Part shown: positions 48,375-56,470 of the stretch, piece after piece
Position numbering within the stretch: the stretch's first letter is position 1
Layout: the number at the start of each line of letters is the position of its first letter
Assembly (NCBI GenBank): GCA_041615815.1
Contig: JBFJCP010000008.1
Coordinates: 32,001-96,000, forward strand
Origin: Gemmatimonadales bacterium
Lineage (GTDB): Bacteria > Gemmatimonadota > Gemmatimonadetes > Gemmatimonadales > GWC2-71-9
DNA length: 64,000 nt
Direction: 5' to 3'
Translations under genes and position numbers: made by a program
The notes under the pieces: model-generated
Seen by the model: only the letters and a program-made list of their open reading frames with translations
Database searches by the model: none
What the model was told of the DNA's origin: nothing

Positions 48375-49405
48375 CGGAACACCGGCAGTGCGTACGCTAC
48401 CTGTTCTTGCGGATCCAGTCCGCCTGGCGGCGGTTGCCCTCGGACACACAGGTCCACCACAAAGAAGAGTTCGTGGCGACGCTCATGGGTTTTCGTGGCA
48501 AGCTCTTGCTCAGGAGCTACAGCCTCATGGGCACCCGCGGAGATTGCGATCTACTCCTGTGGCACGTCTCCGACCGCCTCGAGACGCTCCAGGCGTTGGA
48601 GACCGCCATCTTCTCGACGGCGCTCGGTGGATATCTCGAGATCGCCCACAGCTACTTGGGCCTCACCAAGCGCTCGGAGTACGAATTCCCAGAGCTACCG
48701 GATGCCGCCAGTCGGACCGTGATTCGCCCAGCGGACGCGCGCTACCTGTTCGTCTACCCCTTTGTCAAGCGGCGTGCCTGGTACGCGCTCCCGTTCGTCG
48801 AGCGCCAGGAGGCGATGCAAGACCACGTCCGGATCGGCCGGAAATACCCGTCCATTCGTATCAACACGACGTACTCGTTTGGCCTCGACGATCAAGAGTT
48901 CGTCGTCGTCTTCGAAGGCGACGATCCGGGAGAGTTCTTGGACCTCGTGATGGAGCTCCGCGGCAGTCCGGCCTCGGCGTACACGGAGCGCGACACCCCC
49001 GTGTTCACGTGCATCCAGATGTCACTGTACGACACGTTGGACTCCTTAGGGGGGGCTGCGCCGGAGCAGCGGGCAGCCGAGGGGAAGGACGAAGCCGACG
49101 GTTTTACCGCCGTCGGCTCGATCGCTGACCTTCCGCCGGGGGGCTGCAAGCGTGTCTACTTGGGCGCGGACGCGGTTGCGCTGTTCAACGTGGGCGGCAC
49201 GCTCTACGCCATCGCGGACCGCTGTAGCCACGGGCGAGCCTCGCTCTCCGAGGGAACGGTGGATGAGGCAAGGAACACCCTGCAATGTCCTTGGCACGGT
49301 GGACGCTTCGATCTCGCAACCGGACAGCCCACGGCAGGCCCGCCTTCCGCACCGATCAAAACCTTCCAGGTCAGGGTAAACGGAGAGCACATCTTTGTCC
49401 GGTGA
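48371..49405 (+). CDS. hemQ: Coproheme decarboxylase (ChdC/HemQ) fused to a C-terminal Rieske domain
   Basis: YPFVK..WY.LP..ER...M..H, YSFGLDDQEF; then CSH...CPWH. Confidence 0.85.
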   Translation: MTEHRQCVRYLFLRIQSAWRRLPSDTQVHHKEEFVATLMGFRGKLLLRSYSLMGTRGDCDLLLWHVSDRLETLQALETAIFSTALGGYLEIAHSYLGLTKRSEYEFPELPDAASRTVIRPADARYLFVYPFVKRRAWYALPFVERQEAMQDHVRIGRKYPSIRINTTYSFGLDDQEFVVVFEGDDPGEFLDLVMELRGSPASAYTERDTPVFTCIQMSLYDTLDSLGGAAPEQRAAEGKDEADGFTAVGSIADLPPGGCKRVYLGADAVALFNVGGTLYAIADRCSHGRASLSEGTVDEARNTLQCPWHGGRFDLATGQPTAGPPSAPIKTFQVRVNGEHIFVR

Positions 49406-50420
49406 CCGGTTGCTCAACGCTTGTCGGGGGCAACCGGTGGACGTGACACCCGTGTGGTTCATGCGTCAGGCCGGTCGATATCTCCCGGAGTATCGCGCGA
49501 TCCGCGAGCACCACTCGATTCTCGAGATTTGTCACGATCCCACACTGGCTGCGGAGGTGTCGCTCCAGCCAGTGACACGTTTCGAACCGGACGCCGCCAT
49601 CGTCTTCGCTGACATCTTGCTGCCGTTCGAGCCGTGGGGGCTCGGACTGTCCTTCCACCCCGGTGAAGGCCCCGTCCTGGACCACCCCATCCGCACCGCA
49701 GACCACGTGGAGGGCCTGCGGGTGCTGGATCCGCACACCGACCTCGGGTTTGTGCTGGAAACCGTGCGCCTTGTGAGTCAGGAACTCGGCCACCGGGTAC
49801 CGGTGATCGGATTCGCTGGCGCGCCGTTCACGCTGGCGTCGTATGCGATCGAGGGAGGTGCATCCCGTCAGTTCATCGAGACGAAGCGCTTCATGTACGG
49901 ACAGCCGGAGGCGTGGCACGCGCTTCTGTCGACCTTGGCAGCAACCGTGGGGCAATTTCTTGCTGCTCAGGCAAAAGCCGGCGCCCAGGTGCTTCAGCTA
50001 TTCGACAGTTGGGTGGGCTGTCTGGCGCCCTCGGACTACCGGCGGTTCGTGCTGCCTCATTCACGGCAGGCCCTCACCCTGGCCGCCGCAGCCGGCACAC
50101 CCACCATCCACTTCGGCACGTGTACCGCAACGCTCTTGGACGCGATGGCCGATGCAGGCGCGGACGTGATATCGGTGGACTGGCGTATCCCACTGGACCG
50201 CGCATGGCGGCACTTCCCCGACCGAGCCATCCAGGGAAATCTGGATCCAGCCGCCCTCCTCGCACCGGCGCCCGAGCTCCGCACCCAGGTCCACGACGTG
50301 CTCGCACGCGCCGCGCGGCGCCCGGGCCACATCTTCAATCTGGGCCACGGTGTGCTGCCACAGACATCGCCTGATCACGTACGGGCCACGATCGATCTCG
50401 TGCGCGAGTACCGCCCGTGA
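49395..50420 (+). CDS. hemE: Uroporphyrinogen decarboxylase
   Basis: PVWFMRQAGRYLPEY, IGFAGAPFTLASY, QGNLDP, FNLGHG. Confidence 0.97.
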   Translation: MSGDRLLNACRGQPVDVTPVWFMRQAGRYLPEYRAIREHHSILEICHDPTLAAEVSLQPVTRFEPDAAIVFADILLPFEPWGLGLSFHPGEGPVLDHPIRTADHVEGLRVLDPHTDLGFVLETVRLVSQELGHRVPVIGFAGAPFTLASYAIEGGASRQFIETKRFMYGQPEAWHALLSTLAATVGQFLAAQAKAGAQVLQLFDSWVGCLAPSDYRRFVLPHSRQALTLAAAAGTPTIHFGTCTATLLDAMADAGADVISVDWRIPLDRAWRHFPDRAIQGNLDPAALLAPAPELRTQVHDVLARAARRPGHIFNLGHGVLPQTSPDHVRATIDLVREYRP

Positions 50421-51526
50421 CGCTGGATGGGGCGCGGGTGGGCGTGGTTGGGGGCGGAGTGGCAGGACTTGCCGCTGCGGTCGAGCTCGGTCGCCTCGGC
50501 GCCGAGACTTATCTCTACGAGTCCTCGGACACCGTGGGTGGCCAGATCCGGACCTTCAGAGCACCCGGTTTCGTGATCGAGGACGGCGCCGACGGCTTCT
50601 CGACGCCGAGCTCGTCAGAAAGGGAATTGCTCACCACCCTTGGATTGACTGGACGGCTAGTCAAGCAGAGGGCTTTGCCGCTCCTTTCCTACCGCGCAGG
50701 AACGCTGAGCCGCCTCAACCCTAAGCTGGCTGCAGAGTTACTCGGCATTCGAACCCATGGGGTCCGGCCACGAAGCAGCCTGCTCAGCTTCGAAACGGGC
50801 ATGTCGGACTTGGTTGATGCATTGGAATCGGCCTTGTCGAACGCCACGATTCGACGGGCCAAGCCGGTACTCGTGGTTTCGCCAAGCCCGGACGGCATCA
50901 TCACACAAACGCAAAACCACAACTACGACGCGGTTGACCTGTTGGTAATCGCGACGCCTCCGGTGGTAGCTGGAAAGCTCCTTTCCTTTGCAGCACAGGG
51001 ACTTGGAGACACGATTCCGGTTCCCGAGCTGACTTCGATTGTCACGGTCTCGCTTGCGTTTCCGCGTTCTGCCGTGGTTCATCCACTGGATGCCACCGGA
51101 TTCGTCGTCATCGGCCGCGATGGCGCGGTGCCGCGGGATGGCCTCCGAGCGTGTAGCTTCGCTTCCTCCAAGTTCCCGGGACGAGCACCCCGGGATCATG
51201 TGCTGGTTAGGGCGTTCTACCGCCCGGGGGATGCGCTCGGTCTCGACGAGGCCGATGAGCGGTGGGTCGACCGTGCCATCCATGACCTCGATCCAGTCCT
51301 CGGCCTCCGCGCCGACTGCATCCTCTCACGGGTCGCACGGTGGCCACAGGCGCTTCCCGCTCGCCCGGGAGCACCGGCGGGCACGTCGACTCTCGACCTC
51401 ATCCACCGGTGTGGGGAGAGAGTGGTCGTCGCCGGATCGGCAGTGACCGGGCCAGGCGTCCTTTCGGCCCTCTGCTCTGGCAGGAAGGCGGCTTCGGCCG
51501 TGCACGCAGCGAGTCATGACCTGTGA
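50417..51526 (+). CDS. hemY: HemY/CgoX-like flavin oxidase, unusually short
   Basis: GGGVAGL, E...[24 protein letters not shown]. Confidence 0.7.
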   Translation: MTLDGARVGVVGGGVAGLAAAVELGRLGAETYLYESSDTVGGQIRTFRAPGFVIEDGADGFSTPSSSERELLTTLGLTGRLVKQRALPLLSYRAGTLSRLNPKLAAELLGIRTHGVRPRSSLLSFETGMSDLVDALESALSNATIRRAKPVLVVSPSPDGIITQTQNHNYDAVDLLVIATPPVVAGKLLSFAAQGLGDTIPVPELTSIVTVSLAFPRSAVVHPLDATGFVVIGRDGAVPRDGLRACSFASSKFPGRAPRDHVLVRAFYRPGDALGLDEADERWVDRAIHDLDPVLGLRADCILSRVARWPQALPARPGAPAGTSTLDLIHRCGERVVVAGSAVTGPGVLSALCSGRKAASAVHAASHDL

Positions 51527-51578
51527 CCCCAAAACGGCTGGTCTAGCAGGCTGCCCCACCTGGTCTCAAATTGGGCCC

Positions 51579-52211
51579 ATGTTTCCGAATCTGACGATCG
51601 TCGATCACCCGCTGATTCAGCACAAGCTCACAATTCTCCGCGACCGCCATACCTCCACACGGGACTTCAAGGCGCTGGTCAACGAGATCGCCATGCTCAT
51701 GGCGTACGAGGCTACGAAGCACATTCCCCTCGAAACGATCGACGTGGAGACGCCTCTGGAGCACACCACTGGCCGCGTGGTGGCAGGAAAGAAGCTCGCC
51801 CTGGTTCCCATCCTCCGGGCCGGGCTCGGGATGGTCGATGGCATCACCCAACTCATCCCGAGCGCACGCGTGGGTCATATCGGTCTCTACCGGGATCACG
51901 ACACGCTGGAGCCAGTGGACTACTACTTCAAGATCCCGGGCGAGGAGGAAGACCGCACGTTCTTCGTGCTCGACCCCATGCTGGCCACTGGGGGATCCGC
52001 GGTGCAAGCCGTGACGGCACTGAAGCGGGCCGGTGCCCATCGCGTGCAATTCCTCTGCCTGGTCGCCTCGCCTGAAGGTGTCCGGCGGATGGTGGACGCG
52101 CACCCCGATGTCATGGTGTTTGCCGCGGCGCTGGATCGAGAGCTGAACGACCAGGGATACATTCTGCCGGGTCTGGGAGACGCGGGTGACCGGCTCTTCG
52201 GCACGCGTTGA
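51579..52211 (+). CDS. upp: Uracil phosphoribosyltransferase
   Basis: [35 protein letters not shown]. Confidence 0.97.
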   Translation: MFPNLTIVDHPLIQHKLTILRDRHTSTRDFKALVNEIAMLMAYEATKHIPLETIDVETPLEHTTGRVVAGKKLALVPILRAGLGMVDGITQLIPSARVGHIGLYRDHDTLEPVDYYFKIPGEEEDRTFFVLDPMLATGGSAVQAVTALKRAGAHRVQFLCLVASPEGVRRMVDAHPDVMVFAAALDRELNDQGYILPGLGDAGDRLFGTR

Positions 52212-52222
52212 CGAGACGATCG

Positions 52223-52390
52223 ATGAAACAGTATGAGGCAGTGATACTCCGACTTCACGGCAGAGCTCGCGAGGACGAGGAGGCCATCACCGATCTCCTG
52301 AACGAGCGAGCCCGCATGGGATGGAGTTTTCGCCGAGCCACCGGCCTCCAGGAAGAAAAACTGCTGCTCGTTTTCGCTCGGGAGACGTAG
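52223..52390 (+). CDS. Small DUF4177-like protein
   Basis: MKQYE...LN.....GW...LLVFAR pattern. Confidence 0.55.
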   Translation: MKQYEAVILRLHGRAREDEEAITDLLNERARMGWSFRRATGLQEEKLLLVFARET

Positions 52391-52487
52391 TCCCCAACGC
52401 CGGGCAACCCCCGTCGTCCTCGTTTCGCCTCACTGGGGCGACGCAACGATTCTGCCCTCTCACACGTCCAAACTATACGAGGATGCG

Positions 52488-53042
52488 ATGGACCGATCGC
52501 CGGAACGGATCGCGCAGCGTCGAGCGTATGCAGGCCGGTTGCTCAACGTGGATGTGGAAACGCTCGAAACCCCGGACGGGACCCGTCTGGAGCTGGAAAT
52601 GGTTCGACATCCTGGCGCTGCTGCGGTGGTTGCGCTGTTGTCGGACCCTGATGGCCCGGATCCGTTGGTCTTGCTCTTGGAGCAGTACCGCCATGCCGCC
52701 GGGGGCACGATTTGGGAGATCCCCGCCGGGGTCCTTCAGCCCGGAGAAGACCCGGCGGCGTGTGCGCGGCGTGAGCTGGAGGAGGAGACCGGGGCCGCGG
52801 CACGCACCATCGAGCATCTCACGACGATCTATACGACCCCGGGGTTCACCGATGAGCAAATTCATCTGTTTCTCGCTACGGACATCACCGCGGGGGAACC
52901 GAGGCACGAGCGGGACGAGTTCATAAAGGTGAGCACTCGTCCGCTCTCACAGGCGCTCGAGATGATTCGGGACGGCGCGATGGTGGACGCCAAGTCAATC
53001 GTGGCGCTGCTCTACGTGGCCGGCTACCGGCTCAATTTGTAG
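52488..53042 (+). CDS. nudF: NUDIX hydrolase, ADP-ribose pyrophosphatase-like
   Basis: HPGA, QYRH, EIPAG...E....ARRELEEETG, DAKS. Confidence 0.88.
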   Translation: MDRSPERIAQRRAYAGRLLNVDVETLETPDGTRLELEMVRHPGAAAVVALLSDPDGPDPLVLLLEQYRHAAGGTIWEIPAGVLQPGEDPAACARRELEEETGAAARTIEHLTTIYTTPGFTDEQIHLFLATDITAGEPRHERDEFIKVSTRPLSQALEMIRDGAMVDAKSIVALLYVAGYRLNL

Positions 53043-53163
53043 AAACCGTGTCCCCCAACGGGGACAGATCGAAACGCCCGGGACGCCGAAGGAGGCGGAG
53101 CGAAGCTCAGTATCACATTGTGAAACAAGTGGTTACGAAATTCTGCAAGAGGAGATCGTTGCG

Positions 53164-53179
53164 AGGTATGGTTTCTGCT
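53164..53179 (+). promoter_or_regulatory. Sigma54-type promoter candidate upstream of the ECF sigma gene
   Basis: AGGTATGGTTTCTGCT (GG-N10-GC), IHF-like palindrome 30 bp upstream. Confidence 0.45.
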
Positions 53180-53293
53180 CCAACGACATATCGAGGAAGG
53201 AAGTCGAGTCCACGGAGGGTCTAGACGAATCGTTTGTTGTCCGAATCAAGGGCTGCCGCCGCGGTCGCGACGGTGTGCCCAGGGAGACATCAC

Positions 53294-53938
53294 ATGACCG
53301 CAGCAGTACGAACCCCTGACCGGGCGCCCACCTGGTCCGCCCGGGAGGCCCGTTCTCGTCTCCGCGAGCTGGACGATTCACAGGTCGTGGCCGCGTATCT
53401 GGATGGTGAGCGCGCCGCCTTTGGCGAGCTCGTCGACCGGTACCAGAAACGCCTCCTCAACTTCGTGTATCGGACCATCGGAGATCGCGAGCGAGCCGAG
53501 GATCTCGTCCAGGAGGTCTTCATTCGCGTCCACCGGCATCTGCATCGGTTTGACCAGACCAAGAAGTTCTCGACGTGGATCTACACGATCGCGTCGAATC
53601 TCGCCAAGAACGAGCTGCGAAACCGGAGCCGGAGTCCACTGGTCCTCTTTCAGACGATCAAGAAGAACTGGGAGGCGGATCACCGCCCCCTCCAATTCGA
53701 GGATCATCACCATCGTCCGGACGATCTCTATCGCAAGCGTCACTTGCGGGAACTCGTCGAGTGGGCCGTCGCACAGCTGCCCGTGCATCACCGTACGGTG
53801 TTTGTGCTCCGCGAGCTCGAGGGCAAGACCTACGAGGAGATCGCCGATATCACCGACTGCAACCTGGGAACGGTGAAGAGCCGCCTGAACCGGGCGCGAA
53901 ACCGGTTTGCCCAGATCATCGCGCCGTTGCTCGACTAG
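53294..53938 (+). CDS. ECF RNA polymerase sigma factor (RpoE/SigW-like)
   Basis: AEDLVQEVF, FSTWIYTIA.N, YEEIA....GTVKSRLNRAR. Confidence 0.93.
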   Translation: MTAAVRTPDRAPTWSAREARSRLRELDDSQVVAAYLDGERAAFGELVDRYQKRLLNFVYRTIGDRERAEDLVQEVFIRVHRHLHRFDQTKKFSTWIYTIASNLAKNELRNRSRSPLVLFQTIKKNWEADHRPLQFEDHHHRPDDLYRKRHLRELVEWAVAQLPVHHRTVFVLRELEGKTYEEIADITDCNLGTVKSRLNRARNRFAQIIAPLLD

Positions 53939-53963
53939 ACGAGATTCGATAAACTCCGGAGGC

Positions 53964-54036
53964 GAAACGGGAACGGGGCCCAGCGAAGCGAAGCGCCCTA
54001 GCGAGACTGTTGCTCTATCCTCCCCGTTCCCGTTTC
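53964..54036. repeat. 15-bp perfect inverted repeat between sigma and anti-sigma genes
   Basis: GAAACGGGAACGGGG ...43 nt... CCCCGTTCCCGTTTC. Confidence 0.8.
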
Positions 54037-54117
54037 TCCATCGCCTAGAGCGGACCGGCGGGAACCTCCCATCCCCAGGTCGGTAGTAGGCTCGTGGCAC
54101 ACTTGCGCCGTCTCGAT

Positions 54118-54594
54118 ATGCACTGTCAGGAATTCCTGGAACGGTACTCGGAATACCGCGATGAAGTGATCGCGGATCTCGGCCTGTTGGCCCGTGTCGA
54201 CGGCCATCTGGCCGTGTGCCGGGCGTGCCAGCAGTACGACGCGGTGGTCCGACGGGGCGTGGCCGTGTTGCGGGCGGACGACTTGGAGCCCACGGGGGTG
54301 TGGAAGCCTCCGCGTGACCTTTCCGTGCTCGAGGACGCCGGGCCGGTCGCGCCGACCGCAGCTCGCTTCCTCGCGACGCTCATGCTGGCTGCAGGCCTTA
54401 CGTCCCTCGTGTGGGAGGGTACCGGACGGACCTCCGAACCGGCTGCCGAACACGTGTCGCGACCCTCCCCCGTCGCGGTTGCCAGCCCCGGGATCCCGTT
54501 CGTCCGGTTCGTGGACCGCGAGTCTGAGCCCGCCGCCGGCCGCCAATCGGTACAACCCGCCCTCACTCTTTATCAGCCACCGCCAGATCGGTAA
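54118..54594 (+). CDS. Zinc-binding (ZAS, HxxxCxxC) membrane anti-sigma factor
   Basis: MHC...HLAVCRAC and a TM helix. Confidence 0.82.
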   Translation: MHCQEFLERYSEYRDEVIADLGLLARVDGHLAVCRACQQYDAVVRRGVAVLRADDLEPTGVWKPPRDLSVLEDAGPVAPTAARFLATLMLAAGLTSLVWEGTGRTSEPAAEHVSRPSPVAVASPGIPFVRFVDRESEPAAGRQSVQPALTLYQPPPDR

Positions 54595-54605
54595 CTTCCG
54601 CCTAT

Positions 54606-55658
54606 ATGGCGGGCACCATCACCTTCGATTCTGCCTACCGCGCCATCAAGCGCGGCGAGCTGGCACCCGTCTACTACTTGACCGGTGCTGAAGACGTCTT
54701 GAAAGACGAGCTCGTTGGCCTGATCACGGAGCAAGCCCTCGATGTGGGCAACCGCGATTTCAATTTCGACGTTCGCACCGCGGCCGATCTCGGCGGGGAG
54801 AGTTTGCATGCGCTCGTCGAGACTCCGCCGATGCTCGCGGAGCGGCGGGTCGTGGTGGTGCGAAACCTCGAGCAATGGCGTCGCAACGCGAAGGTGTGGA
54901 GCGTCCTCGAGGCTTATCTCGAGCACCCGTCTCCGAGCACGGTGCTGGTCCTGGTGCTCGGAGCGGGAGAAAAGCCACAATCGCGAGTCACCTCGCGCGC
55001 CGTAACCGTCGAAGTGCGACCGCTCAATCCGGACCGGCTGCGCCGGTGGGTGAGCACGCGAGCGGAAGGCGTTGGCATCGTGTTGGATGAAGATGCGGCC
55101 ACACATCTTCTGGAAGCGGTGGGCGCGGATTTGTCGCTCCTCGCCCTCGAGCTCGAGAAACTCGCCGCCGCAACACGCAGCGATGGAGCGGTGACCGCAA
55201 CAGAAGTCGCGGCCCTTGTGGGGGTTCGTCGGGGGGAAACACCTCACGATTGGGTCCGGGCGGTGCTGGCCCGCGACGTGACCCGCGCAGTCGGCATGCT
55301 CGACGTGGTCCTCTCCGCAGCCGGTGTGAGCGGAGTGCGTCTCGTGTCGTTGCTGGGGACCACGCTGGTGGGCGTGCGCGTGGGGCGGGCTTGCCTCGAC
55401 GGACGTGATGGATCACAGGTGGAGCGTCAGGTGTTCGACGCCATTCGGGCTGCCCGTCCACCGGGGATGGGGAGTTGGCGAGAGGAAGCGGCTGCCTGGG
55501 CCCGCGCCGCGCGGCAGTGGAACGCGGGCGAGCTCGATGCCGCCCTAGCAGCGGTCTATGAGGCTGACCGTCTCCTCAAGGCCACCACGGTGCGTGACGA
55601 AGGAGGCATCCTGACAGACATGTTGCTCCACATCGGTATGAGACGGGCGGCAGCGTGA
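54606..55658 (+). CDS. holA: DNA polymerase III delta subunit
   Basis: PVYYLTG.E, DFNFD, TPPML.ERRVVVV, ELEKL. Confidence 0.9.
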   Translation: MAGTITFDSAYRAIKRGELAPVYYLTGAEDVLKDELVGLITEQALDVGNRDFNFDVRTAADLGGESLHALVETPPMLAERRVVVVRNLEQWRRNAKVWSVLEAYLEHPSPSTVLVLVLGAGEKPQSRVTSRAVTVEVRPLNPDRLRRWVSTRAEGVGIVLDEDAATHLLEAVGADLSLLALELEKLAAATRSDGAVTATEVAALVGVRRGETPHDWVRAVLARDVTRAVGMLDVVLSAAGVSGVRLVSLLGTTLVGVRVGRACLDGRDGSQVERQVFDAIRAARPPGMGSWREEAAAWARAARQWNAGELDAALAAVYEADRLLKATTVRDEGGILTDMLLHIGMRRAAA

Positions 55659-56470
55659 GCAGAATCATATTCCTACTGATCCCCTTGCTGATCCCTCTTG
55701 CCGCACAGGCGCAGCAGGAGGATTCGATCTTGACCCACGCGATGCGGCTGGCCACCGAGGGGCAGGGAGAGGCCGCGCGATCCTATGTCCGGCAGCAACT
55801 GGATCGCATCGCTCCTGCCGATTCCCGCTATGCGGAGGCGCTTTTCGCCGCCGGAGTCGTGGCGGCGACCACGGATGACGCCCGCATGTTCTTCCGTCGG
55901 GTCAGCATAGAGTTCTCTCGGTCATCGTGGGCAGACGAAGCGCTGTTGCGCCTGGCGCAGCTCGCGTATGCGGAACAGGACTACGAGTCGGCCCTCCGCG
56001 CGGCCGAGCGCATCGTGATGGACTACCCTTTCAGCAATGTCTTCGCCGAGGCCAACTACTGGGCGGGGCGAGCCAACCTCGAGCAGGGGAACGCCGCCAT
56101 CGGGTGTGCCCAACTGAATCGGGCCGGCGAGGTGGCCGGTGAGAACATCGAGCTCGCGAACCGGGTGCGGTTCTATCGCATGCGATGTGCGACCGCGGCG
56201 GGCGCCCCGAGCACGGGCCCCGACGCACCCCCGCGGACCGGACGGTCGGCGTGGACCGTACAGGTCGCAGCACTTCAGAGCGCCGCCGCCGCCGACGAGC
56301 TCATGCGTGCGCTCCACGCCGAGGGATACGAAGACGTCCGCGTCGTGCAGGAGGAAGGTTTCCTCAAGGTCCGCGTTGGCCAATTCACCAACCGGGCGCA
56401 GGCGACCCGGCTTGCCGGCGAGTTGTCCAGAAAGTTCGGTGGGAATCCTTTTGTGGTCGAACAGCCGTGA
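55655..56470 (+). CDS. TPR + SPOR domain periplasmic protein
   Basis: Signal peptide, TPR-like helices, WTVQVAA...KVRVG.F..R. Confidence 0.85.
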   Translation: MSRIIFLLIPLLIPLAAQAQQEDSILTHAMRLATEGQGEAARSYVRQQLDRIAPADSRYAEALFAAGVVAATTDDARMFFRRVSIEFSRSSWADEALLRLAQLAYAEQDYESALRAAERIVMDYPFSNVFAEANYWAGRANLEQGNAAIGCAQLNRAGEVAGENIELANRVRFYRMRCATAAGAPSTGPDAPPRTGRSAWTVQVAALQSAAAADELMRALHAEGYEDVRVVQEEGFLKVRVGQFTNRAQATRLAGELSRKFGGNPFVVEQP

